Below are positions 56,138-63,499 of a DNA stretch of 63,499 nt, in pieces. Origin of the DNA: an uncultured Candidatus Saccharibacteria bacterium (GTDB lineage: Bacteria; Patescibacteriota; Saccharimonadia; Saccharimonadales; AWTP1-31); assembly GCA_964369045.1 (NCBI GenBank), contig CAYJDY010000001.1, positions 1 through 63,499 of the forward strand, given 5' to 3'. The notes beneath the pieces are model-generated. The model worked only from the letters and a program-made list of their open reading frames with translations, had not been told where the DNA came from and made no database searches. A program made the position numbers and the translations under genes. The first letter of the stretch is position 1; every line of letters starts with the position of its first letter.

Positions 56138-57715
56138 ATGAAGAAAAATAGTCGTAATCTATTTTGGGACAAACGAAAGTCACGAATACTCGTTGTAGTT
56201 TTGGTTGCAGTTGTTGGCGTGGTGTTGTTGTCTGTCTCCCGAGCAGCTACGCCGTCAGCTTCGATTGAATCAGAATCTGGAACCATTAGTAGTTGCGCAA
56301 AAACTGTCCCCAGTTCAGATGCATCCAATGGGCAGTCGGTGAAGTTTGGATGTACTACTGGAGCTGAAGCTTTCGTACACCCCGGAATACTAGTTAGTAA
56401 AGCTCAGCTTGACTTTGTAAAAGCAAAAATTAAAGCGGGCCAGCAACCCTGGCTTGGTGCGTATCAGGCTATGTCTGGCAATAGGCTTGCCAGTAAAACG
56501 TATACACCGCATCCAGTTCCGGAAGTTAAGTGTTCGACTGGAGCCTATATAACAACCTTCGCCTCAACACAGGCTGGTTGTCCAGCTATGCGAGATGATT
56601 CTTCTGCGGTGTATACACAGGCGCTTATGTGGTACTTTTCCGACGATCCAGTGTACGCGCAAAATGCTGTTAAAATAATAAATGCGTGGACTTCTGTTCA
56701 TACCAAGACTTGGTTTGAACAACCAAGAGTAGTTAATGGTGCAATCGTATACGGTAATCCGGGAGACAACACGACGACGTGCTCGGGTGGTGGATGCCCT
56801 CAAGCATATGGCAGTGGACTACTCGATACTGCCTGGAGTACCGAGACAATGACACGGGGCTTGGAGATTATCCGCTACACGTATAGTGGCTGGAATACAT
56901 CCGACATCGCAAAGGCGGAAAACTACTTTAAGACAGTTGCTATGGATGCACTTGGATCAGGCTGGACCAGGACGACCAACTGGGAAACGAGCGTCGCCGA
57001 AGCCTGGACAAACATTGGTATATTCACTAATGATAGGGCAATCTACGATAAAGGCCTGGCCTACTGGCGGCAAGAAGTTCCCCGATATATTTATGTGACA
57101 TCTGATGGTGCTTTGCCGCTGACACCGTTCAAGAGCGTGACATGGCTGACAGGATCCAATGGCCTCAAATACTATGTCACTGCGCCCAAGACAGTTGATG
57201 CTAAGACTCTCAAGGAGAGTGGCTGGTATAACGCCAACAGCTACATCAGTGGCCTTAGTAATGAAACCTGTCGCGACATTGGGCATACAATGATGGGCTT
57301 TGGCGCAATGATTAACTCTGCAGAAAGTGCACGAATCCAGGGGGATGATCTCTATGGTGAGCAGAAAGATCGTATCGTGACTGCCTATGAACTGCATGCT
57401 CAGTACACCAACATACTTGCTGATCGTCTGGTTGCTGCCGGCAAGCCACTTACCAACGATACAAATCTCGGTAATAACATAAGTGCTGTTGCTGTCAGCG
57501 GTGGGGCGCCCACGGGAGTTCCGTGGGTGTGCCCTAGCTTTAATGGCGGTGGCGGTAGTGCTTTTGCAGGGTTTGAACTCGCTTATAACCACTATGCCAA
57601 CAGAAAGGCAATTGCAATGCCCAACACCAAGAAAGCTGCAGAGCGACTCCGTAATCCGCCTATTGGCAATGCTCTCTTCTGGGAGACGCTAACACACGCC
57701 AACAACCCCAATTAA
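56138..57715 (+). CDS. Secreted polysaccharide lyase, alginate-lyase-like (alpha/alpha toroid)
   Basis: Signal-anchor and SRAATPSASIESESGT module shared with the GH16 at 1..990. HPGILVSKAQLDFVKAKIKAGQQPW is typical of the alginate-lyase family N-terminus. Confidence 0.5.
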   Translation: MKKNSRNLFWDKRKSRILVVVLVAVVGVVLLSVSRAATPSASIESESGTISSCAKTVPSSDASNGQSVKFGCTTGAEAFVHPGILVSKAQLDFVKAKIKAGQQPWLGAYQAMSGNRLASKTYTPHPVPEVKCSTGAYITTFASTQAGCPAMRDDSSAVYTQALMWYFSDDPVYAQNAVKIINAWTSVHTKTWFEQPRVVNGAIVYGNPGDNTTTCSGGGCPQAYGSGLLDTAWSTETMTRGLEIIRYTYSGWNTSDIAKAENYFKTVAMDALGSGWTRTTNWETSVAEAWTNIGIFTNDRAIYDKGLAYWRQEVPRYIYVTSDGALPLTPFKSVTWLTGSNGLKYYVTAPKTVDAKTLKESGWYNANSYISGLSNETCRDIGHTMMGFGAMINSAESARIQGDDLYGEQKDRIVTAYELHAQYTNILADRLVAAGKPLTNDTNLGNNISAVAVSGGAPTGVPWVCPSFNGGGGSAFAGFELAYNHYANRKAIAMPNTKKAAERLRNPPIGNALFWETLTHANNPN

Positions 57716-57730
57716 CGCAAGAGTAAATAC

Positions 57731-57964
57731 TTAAATTTTCATGAACTGCAGTAAGTAATAGACTAAGAAAGCCAGCCAAAAGATGGCTTTAATAAACGCC
57801 ATTACAACGAGTTTGAATGTTCCAGAATGAAAATGTAGGTAGTACACTAGTGTGCCTACAAATCCCAGAAACCAAACACCACCAGCACCACCATGATTAC
57901 CGATACTCTGATAATTTGTCTTATCTTTTTTCACGCTGTTCCCTTCCTTATTCTTTTTTATCAT
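57731..57964 (-). CDS. Hypothetical small membrane protein (2 TM)
   Basis: 77-aa ORF with a basic N-terminus and two hydrophobic helices. Confidence 0.45.
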   Translation of the reverse strand: MIKKNKEGNSVKKDKTNYQSIGNHGGAGGVWFLGFVGTLVYYLHFHSGTFKLVVMAFIKAIFWLAFLVYYLLQFMKI

Positions 57965-58008
57965 ACTCCTGCGCGCAATAAATAAACAGGACTTGGTATA
58001 CTAGGGTC

Positions 58009-58350
58009 ATGAATGAAATAGATGAATATTTAGACAAAATTGAACAACCACAAAAGGGTGAACTACAGAGGATTCGCAAGCTAATACAAGGTGTTGTGCC
58101 TGACGCAACTGAAGGTATAAGCTACGGCATGCCAGGATTTAAGTACAAGGGTAAGTACCTGATTACGTACTCTGCATTCAAAGATCATATGAGCCTGTTT
58201 CCTGGAGCTGAAGCAATTGCCGAGCTTGGTAATAAGCTGGATGGTTACAAAACGTCTAAGGGAACTGTCCAGTTTACAATAGAGCACCCTCTTTCTGATG
58301 CAACAGTGCATGAGATGATCCAACTTCGAGTAGCGGCGATAGACAAATAA
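58009..58350 (+). CDS. DUF1801 (YdhG-like) domain protein
   Basis: EGISYGMPGFKYKGKYL...FKDHMSLFP pattern. Confidence 0.6.
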   Translation: MNEIDEYLDKIEQPQKGELQRIRKLIQGVVPDATEGISYGMPGFKYKGKYLITYSAFKDHMSLFPGAEAIAELGNKLDGYKTSKGTVQFTIEHPLSDATVHEMIQLRVAAIDK

Positions 58351-58385
58351 TCATTGCTCGTCCTTACTGCTTACGGTAATCTATA

Positions 58386-59789
58386 GTGAGGAAACATAAC
58401 TCATTGAATGATGCAGATTATATAGACATTTGGCTCGAACGATACGGCGGGTGGTCGCTGATTATTCTTTTTAGTGCCATACCTGTGTTTGCATTGATGC
58501 TAAGCGGTGGGTTCTGGACAAATACTGGCTCTTGGTACGGCATTGCATCGAGCCTCGGAAAAATGGCAGGACTTGTCGGGTTTGTTCTGTATGCGATTAA
58601 CATGGTCCTCAGCATTAGGCGTCACTGGCTAGAGCGATTTTTTAACGGATTAAACCGCGTTTATATTGCACACCATCTAACAGGAGGAATCGCTCTAATT
58701 CTGTTAGCTATACATCCTGTGTTACTGGCTGTACGTTATATAGAACCGAGCGCAATGTCTACACTCAGGTTGGCCGCCTTGGCATTATTGCCAAGAGCCA
58801 TAACTCTTAACGAAAATTTTCAAGTTGTTCAACAACAAGTAGCAATAAATTTTGGCTTTATTGCGTTTACTGGCATGGTAGTTCTGCTCATCTTGACGTT
58901 TTTCATTAAGCTCCCGTACCGCGTTTGGTTATTCACTCATAAATTCTTGGGACCTGCTTTTTTCTTTGCAGCCCTACACGTGCTATTTATTAGTTCTGAT
59001 GTCGACCGCATGCCACTGCTAAAGCTGTATATGCTGTTCTGGGCGGTCGTAGGTCTAGGGGCATTCACCTATCGAACGCTATTTGGTAGTATTTTTGTCC
59101 GTCGATACCCATTTCAGGTGACTAAGGTTGCGCTGTTGCCAAAGGGTGTCGTCTCGATTGACCTCAAAGCAGTTGAAGATCGAATGCCGTTTCAGGCTGG
59201 GCAGTTTGTATTTGTAAGATTCCTCTGGCAAAAACATCATGGAATCTTGCCGGAGGTACATCCGTTTTCCATTGCTTCAAGTCCATCGGAAGGCGTAGTT
59301 CGTGTCGTCGTAAAAGCACTGGGAGATCATACCAAATCGCTACTCACTCTCCCTGTTGGTACCGTTGCCGAGGTGGAGGGAGCATTCGGTAAATTTAACT
59401 ACCAGCGGTTTGCAAATGCTGATCAAATTTGGGTTGCGGGCGGTATCGGAATAACGCCCTTCCTAAGCATGGCAGCTACACTCGACAAAACTTCACCGCC
59501 AATCTCTTTGTTTTACAGCGTTGTTAGTAAAGATGAACTCATTGGTGACAAGGTCTTTGCCGGTATAAACCCTGCCAAAGTTGATTCGTTTAAGTATATT
59601 CCATTTATTACAGACGAAACCAAGAAGTTCATCGACGCTAATTTCCTAGAAGAAAAATCAGGAAATCTAAAGGGTAAAGAAATTTTCTTATGTGGCCCAC
59701 CGCCCATGATGAAAGCCCTACGTAAACAGCTCAGAGCTAAGGGGGTGAAGTCGATCAATATTCATTCAGAGGAATTTACAATGTCATGA
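58386..59789 (+). CDS. NOX/FRE-type ferric reductase: bis-heme TM domain fused to FAD/NAD(P)H dehydrogenase
   Basis: His pairs HHLTGGIALILLAIH and HKFLGPAFFFAALH (H-x13-H / H-x12-H). FAD motif HPFSIAS. NAD(P)H motifs GGIGITP and LCGPPPM. Confidence 0.8.
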   Translation: MRKHNSLNDADYIDIWLERYGGWSLIILFSAIPVFALMLSGGFWTNTGSWYGIASSLGKMAGLVGFVLYAINMVLSIRRHWLERFFNGLNRVYIAHHLTGGIALILLAIHPVLLAVRYIEPSAMSTLRLAALALLPRAITLNENFQVVQQQVAINFGFIAFTGMVVLLILTFFIKLPYRVWLFTHKFLGPAFFFAALHVLFISSDVDRMPLLKLYMLFWAVVGLGAFTYRTLFGSIFVRRYPFQVTKVALLPKGVVSIDLKAVEDRMPFQAGQFVFVRFLWQKHHGILPEVHPFSIASSPSEGVVRVVVKALGDHTKSLLTLPVGTVAEVEGAFGKFNYQRFANADQIWVAGGIGITPFLSMAATLDKTSPPISLFYSVVSKDELIGDKVFAGINPAKVDSFKYIPFITDETKKFIDANFLEEKSGNLKGKEIFLCGPPPMMKALRKQLRAKGVKSINIHSEEFTMS

Positions 59790-60676
59790 ACAAAATTCTA
59801 AAATATCTAACACTAAAGAATACAGTTGCCGTTACGCTTATCTCTTGTGGGGTACTGACCGTACTAATCTTATTTACTGGTCTGGTTTTTGGAAGCAAGA
59901 CACTAGATAAGATCGGCAACGAATCGTCTATCCAAACTGGCAGTGAATCCAATTCAGACTCGTCTGGACTGCAGTCTAGCGATGTTACAAGTACTGGTGC
60001 TTCAAGTCAAGGATCACAGACAAACGATACTGGATCGTCAGCATCTAATAGTACAGGAGGTGGAACGAGTAGCAATAAATCCGCAACAGGAAGTAGTAAC
60101 AGTGGCGCAACAAATAGCACAGGAACAAAAACAGGCACAACCTCAGGCGGTGGATCAACAACCGCAACGGCCACGATTAGCAATTTTTCTGCATCTCCCT
60201 CGTCGATAAGCTACAACAGTGCATCGACATTATCATGGACTTCAGCTAACGCAACATCATGCAGTATTTCCACGCTTGGTGCAGTTGCCACCAGTGGTAC
60301 CAAATCCACCGGTAACCTTACCAGTACAAAGACGTTTACGCTTACTTGCGGAACCGCAACAAAACAAGTAACCGTAACGGTAGGCAATGCTCCTGTTGCT
60401 TGTGGGCAGTCTGGTGGAACGTGCACGAATGCACAAGTTGCCGCACACGCGAGTCAGAGTGACTGCTGGATGATCTATAACGGCTACTACTATATTGTTA
60501 CAGCGTATGTAAACAATCATCCAGGCGGTAAAGGGGTGTTTAACTCATCATCCTGTGGGCACGATATTACGAGCTATATGAATGGCTCGGCCAGCACGGG
60601 TGGTAGACAACATTCGCATGGCTCGAGTGCATACAGTGTACTTAACAGTTACAGAGTGGGACAGGTACAAGGATAA
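59786..60676 (+). CDS. Membrane-anchored exported protein with Ser/Thr/Gly-rich linker, Ig-like module and C-terminal cytochrome b5-like heme domain
   Basis: DCWMIYNGYYYIVTAYVNNHPGG...GHDITSYM...HSHGSSAY matches the Cyt-b5 domain with both His ligands. Start overlaps the reductase stop (ATGA). Confidence 0.7.
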   Translation: MNKILKYLTLKNTVAVTLISCGVLTVLILFTGLVFGSKTLDKIGNESSIQTGSESNSDSSGLQSSDVTSTGASSQGSQTNDTGSSASNSTGGGTSSNKSATGSSNSGATNSTGTKTGTTSGGGSTTATATISNFSASPSSISYNSASTLSWTSANATSCSISTLGAVATSGTKSTGNLTSTKTFTLTCGTATKQVTVTVGNAPVACGQSGGTCTNAQVAAHASQSDCWMIYNGYYYIVTAYVNNHPGGKGVFNSSSCGHDITSYMNGSASTGGRQHSHGSSAYSVLNSYRVGQVQG

Positions 60677-61233
60677 TGGAAACAAACGAAAAACATAAAA
60701 AACATCGTATTCGTCGACCTATTGCGGCAAAACACAAAGAACCGATTGCAGCAGTCAGTGGTGGTATTCTACTGGTAGTGTTGTTAATCATATTCGGGCT
60801 TGGGGTATTTATGATCAGGGACTATATCAATTATGATGAAGATCAAGTTAGCAAAGTTAGCCAATCTCAGACAAACGCACCAGCGACAAAAATACCTCCA
60901 CTCGTAGCAATAATTAGTTCTGTTTCGTATAGCGATGGTGACCCTGCGTTTCAGCCGATGCCGGGCCAACATTATGCTATTGTCGATGTCGATGTCGTAC
61001 ATAATCTGGATGCACCAACGTGGTTATCACCACTTCTTCAGTCATTTATTGTGGACGCTGCAGGAAAAAAATATGAGCTATCACCAATTACGTTGGAGCA
61101 ACCTTTTGATGCTCGTGAATATAAGATCGGCGAGCACGCAACAGGTGAACTTAGTTACATGATTCCCGAAAATGTTAATGGTCTAAACTGGTGCTACGAG
61201 ATCAAAACATTAAAAGTGTGTAAGCCACTATAA
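60676..61233 (+). CDS. Membrane-anchored extracytoplasmic protein, DUF4352-like
   Basis: N-terminal TM helix. HYAIVDVDVVHNL...FIVDAAGKKYE resembles DUF4352. Start overlaps the previous stop by 1 nt. Confidence 0.4.
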   Translation: METNEKHKKHRIRRPIAAKHKEPIAAVSGGILLVVLLIIFGLGVFMIRDYINYDEDQVSKVSQSQTNAPATKIPPLVAIISSVSYSDGDPAFQPMPGQHYAIVDVDVVHNLDAPTWLSPLLQSFIVDAAGKKYELSPITLEQPFDAREYKIGEHATGELSYMIPENVNGLNWCYEIKTLKVCKPL

Positions 61234-61236
61234 GTT

Positions 61237-61614
61237 ATGGCTAAGAACAAAAAGCATTTACGTAGACATCGATGGTTTATATTTAAAGAGTTTGTTCTCG
61301 GTGCTCTGGCGCTATTAAGCATAGGGCTGGTATTATTTGAGTTTTTTTCCAATCCATCTCCTCAGATGCTGAAGAGCCTCAACCATATTGATATCGTAAT
61401 TGCTTGTATATTTTTGGCCGATTTTTGCCTAAGTCTTATTCTCACTCATGATAGACGGAAGTACCTACGTCATAACTGGTACTTCATTTTTGCCGCTATT
61501 CCTCTTTCTGATTCGATTGCAGAAGCTTTGCGAGGAATTCGAGTATTACGCCTCGTACGCCTTATCAGGGCGGGTGAGCATCTGGATTACAGCGCGACTA
61601 TTAAAAAACGCTAA
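61237..61614 (+). CDS. Voltage-sensor-domain-only protein (S1-S4 of the Ion_trans family, no pore domain)
   Basis: Four helices. S2 is IACIFLADFCLSLIL. S4 is LRGIRVLRLVRLIRAG, with 5 Arg at every third position. The ORF ends 15 aa after S4 and the next gene is on the other strand. Confidence 0.65.
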   Translation: MAKNKKHLRRHRWFIFKEFVLGALALLSIGLVLFEFFSNPSPQMLKSLNHIDIVIACIFLADFCLSLILTHDRRKYLRHNWYFIFAAIPLSDSIAEALRGIRVLRLVRLIRAGEHLDYSATIKKR

Positions 61615-61618
61615 AAGC

Positions 61619-62401
61619 TCAGGTCAACCGCACACTTAATCCCAAGCCCTTGAAATCCTGGCAGACAAATACTGGTTCCGATAGCGTACTGAGCGATGTA
61701 TCGTAGCTGTATCCGAGGTCATTAAAGCCTGCCAAACTTTTCGTGTCTTGTACCTGATTCTGGATAAGCCAGCGGGCAAGCGCCCCTCGGGCAATCTTGG
61801 CATGCACGACAACGAAAGTTGGCTCTTTTGTTTTTGGATTCATGGTCAAGAAACGCGGACTAATAACTCGGCTTGGATCAACGTAGTCTGTTACAACCTT
61901 GGAATACTCTACTGAACTGAGGTTCATAATGGTCCCACTTGCAGGGAGTTGTTTGACTATATCATCACCCCAGAACTGGTAGAGACTCGTGGTTGTAAAA
62001 CCAGAGAGCCGGTAGGCCATTTCGAGTCGATATGGGCGAATGCCATCGAGTGGTCTGATTAGGCCATAAAGCCCAGATAGAATAATAAGCGTTTTGTCGG
62101 CATACTGCCGATCATTTGCAGAAAAAGATCCAACTTGCAGTCCGCTGTAGATATCTCCTAAGAAGGTGTCAATTGCAGTCACCTGTTCTGATGGTCTAGT
62201 ATTCCAATTCGCAATAGTACGAGTCGTTTTTACCGCCAAATCTGGTTTGATTTTCATGATCTTTGCAATCTGTTTATCGTCGAGCGACTTGAGATAGCCT
62301 GCAAGAATCTCGGCCTTAGGTAGTAGTAAAGGCTGATGGCTAGGCTTACTGTGATGCGCGGTGGTACGCATGGTTTTCGAAGAGTGCAGTAGAATGATCA
62401 C
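61619..62401 (-). CDS. yaaA: Peroxide stress protein YaaA (DUF328/UPF0246)
   Basis: GTG start gives (M)IILLHSSKTM, matching the YaaA N-terminus MLI.ISPAKT. GDIYSGL and RPYRLEM blocks. The listed ORF extends to 62431. Confidence 0.75.
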   Translation of the reverse strand: MIILLHSSKTMRTTAHHSKPSHQPLLLPKAEILAGYLKSLDDKQIAKIMKIKPDLAVKTTRTIANWNTRPSEQVTAIDTFLGDIYSGLQVGSFSANDRQYADKTLIILSGLYGLIRPLDGIRPYRLEMAYRLSGFTTTSLYQFWGDDIVKQLPASGTIMNLSSVEYSKVVTDYVDPSRVISPRFLTMNPKTKEPTFVVVHAKIARGALARWLIQNQVQDTKSLAGFNDLGYSYDTSLSTLSEPVFVCQDFKGLGLSVRLT

Positions 62402-62424
62402 CTCACTAGTATAGCAATACTTGC

Positions 62425-63333
62425 ATGGCACAAATCGGCTATACTGTTTACATGGTAGACTTTAGTTCGATCACAATTTTGTATAATCCAAAGAGCACTG
62501 GGCCGAGTGAAAAAAATGCTAAGCGTTTTCAGCGCAGGCTGGCACGGACTCGCTACAAAGAGCATACGACTATTGTGCCAACTCGTCATGCTGGGCATGC
62601 AGAAGAACTAGCGCAGGATATTGCAAATCGAGGTGCCCGTCCACTAATCATCTCTTCGAGTGGCGATGGAGGCTATAACGAAGTGATCAACGGGGTATTA
62701 AATGCAAAAGGAGCTGACAGTGCTGTAACAGGTCTACTTCCATCGGGTAATGCCAACGACCATTACAAGCAAATGCACAAGCCTTACGTTATTCGGCAAA
62801 TCCTCCAGGCTAAAGCTCAGAATATTGACACACTAAAACTAACTGCCAGTGTGGATGGCAAGCCTTGGCATCGCTATGCACATTCGTATATTGGCTTTGG
62901 GCTTACTTCTGACATCGGTCAGGCACTGAATGATGCAGACCTCAATTCTAAGAACGAGGCCGTGATATTTATGAAGACGTTAATCAAGGTAAAACCCTTC
63001 TCAGTAGTTATGAAAGGTGAAATTAGTGAGTTCAGTAACATCATACTTAGTAATGTCGGTAAGATGTCCAAAATCTTTTCGTTGTCCAAGACAGCGCGTG
63101 TTGATGATGGTAAGTTCGAAGTGTTTACCACCGATCAGAACAGGGCAAAACTGATTCGTGAAATGCTAAAATCAGCAACTGTCGGGGTGCCTCACGAGGA
63201 GAGAACAGACAAATTCACCTTTCGCACCATCAAGCCTCTACATGTTCAGTTAGATGGTGAGGTGTTCGATATTGATGGTGATTGCAAGGTTACGGTCACT
63301 GTTGCACATCGCGCACTCCAGTGCATCATCTGA
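62425..63333 (+). CDS. Diacylglycerol/lipid kinase family protein (DagK/YegS-like)
   Basis: ILYNPKS, SSSGDGGYNEVINGV (GDGT-type motif) and PSGNANDH. Start may be 62452. Confidence 0.7.
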   Translation: MAQIGYTVYMVDFSSITILYNPKSTGPSEKNAKRFQRRLARTRYKEHTTIVPTRHAGHAEELAQDIANRGARPLIISSSGDGGYNEVINGVLNAKGADSAVTGLLPSGNANDHYKQMHKPYVIRQILQAKAQNIDTLKLTASVDGKPWHRYAHSYIGFGLTSDIGQALNDADLNSKNEAVIFMKTLIKVKPFSVVMKGEISEFSNIILSNVGKMSKIFSLSKTARVDDGKFEVFTTDQNRAKLIREMLKSATVGVPHEERTDKFTFRTIKPLHVQLDGEVFDIDGDCKVTVTVAHRALQCII

Positions 63334-63379
63334 GGTAAAGGTTGTTTTTGAACGACGTGGTGTTTACAATAAGCTTATT

Positions 63380-63493
63380 ATGCTAAAGCTTAAAGACAAT
63401 CAATCTGGCTTTATACCGATGATGCTGACGATATTGGCTATCGTCTTTGCGGTAATAATCTTCTCTTTTTTGCGACTAAGGGCTTCGCAGTAG
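63380..63493 (+). CDS. 37-aa single-TM peptide
   Basis: MLKLKDNQSGFIPMMLTILAIVFAVIIFSFLRLRASQ. TACAAT box lies 9 nt upstream of the ATG. The listed longer ORF overlaps the kinase gene. Confidence 0.35.
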   Translation: MLKLKDNQSGFIPMMLTILAIVFAVIIFSFLRLRASQ

Positions 63494-63499
63494 AGCCTA

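Noticed and set aside
63380-63493. Possible type IV prepilin leader in the 37-aa peptide (…NQSGFIPMML…)
   Set aside because: The G/F junction is present, but the conserved Glu at +5 is missing (Met instead). The peptide has no globular part. It is treated only as a small TM peptide.

Overview
Gene-dense 63.5-kb chromosomal window with about 75 protein genes and 2 tRNAs. It uses the standard code: TGA is a stop and Trp is TGG. Housekeeping genes: tgt, tilS, ftsH, murJ, lepA, bcp, hrcA-grpE, dnaK-dnaJ, murA, glyA, murB, folC-folA and yaaA. These are interleaved with many secreted or surface proteins and small membrane proteins. The surface set includes two GH16 enzymes, a 1018-aa CBM/Ig/NodB deacetylase, a processive GT2 synthase, a polysaccharide lyase, cohesin/dockerin-like proteins, a sortase and LPXTG/LAxTG substrates. 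The gene content, many short genes and frequent TAnnnT boxes 6-9 nt before start codons suggest a small-genome, monoderm-like bacterium. It may be a Patescibacteria/CPR member such as Saccharibacteria; this is inference only, since no marker RNA is in the window. Items most worth a second look: (1) an operon coupling a NOX-type bis-heme ferric reductase, an exported cytochrome b5-domain protein and a voltage-sensor-domain-only protein (58.4-61.6 kb); (2) a three-gene cohesin/dockerin module inserted between hrcA-grpE and a CIRCE-controlled dnaK-dnaJ (15.6-19.2 kb); (3) a 53-aa gene that is little more than an LPATG sorting signal, next to a sortase and a synthase/deacetylase/GH16 polysaccharide locus (23.7-30.1 kb); (4) an HTH-MurA fusion with a repeated AAGGTA motif in its promoter region; (5) a 47-codon upstream ORF that duplicates the first 14 codons of lepA; (6) integration scars and repeat-flanked cassettes downstream of tRNA-Lys, and a recombinase remnant at tRNA-Arg. 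All family calls rest on motifs read from the supplied translations. No database search was run.
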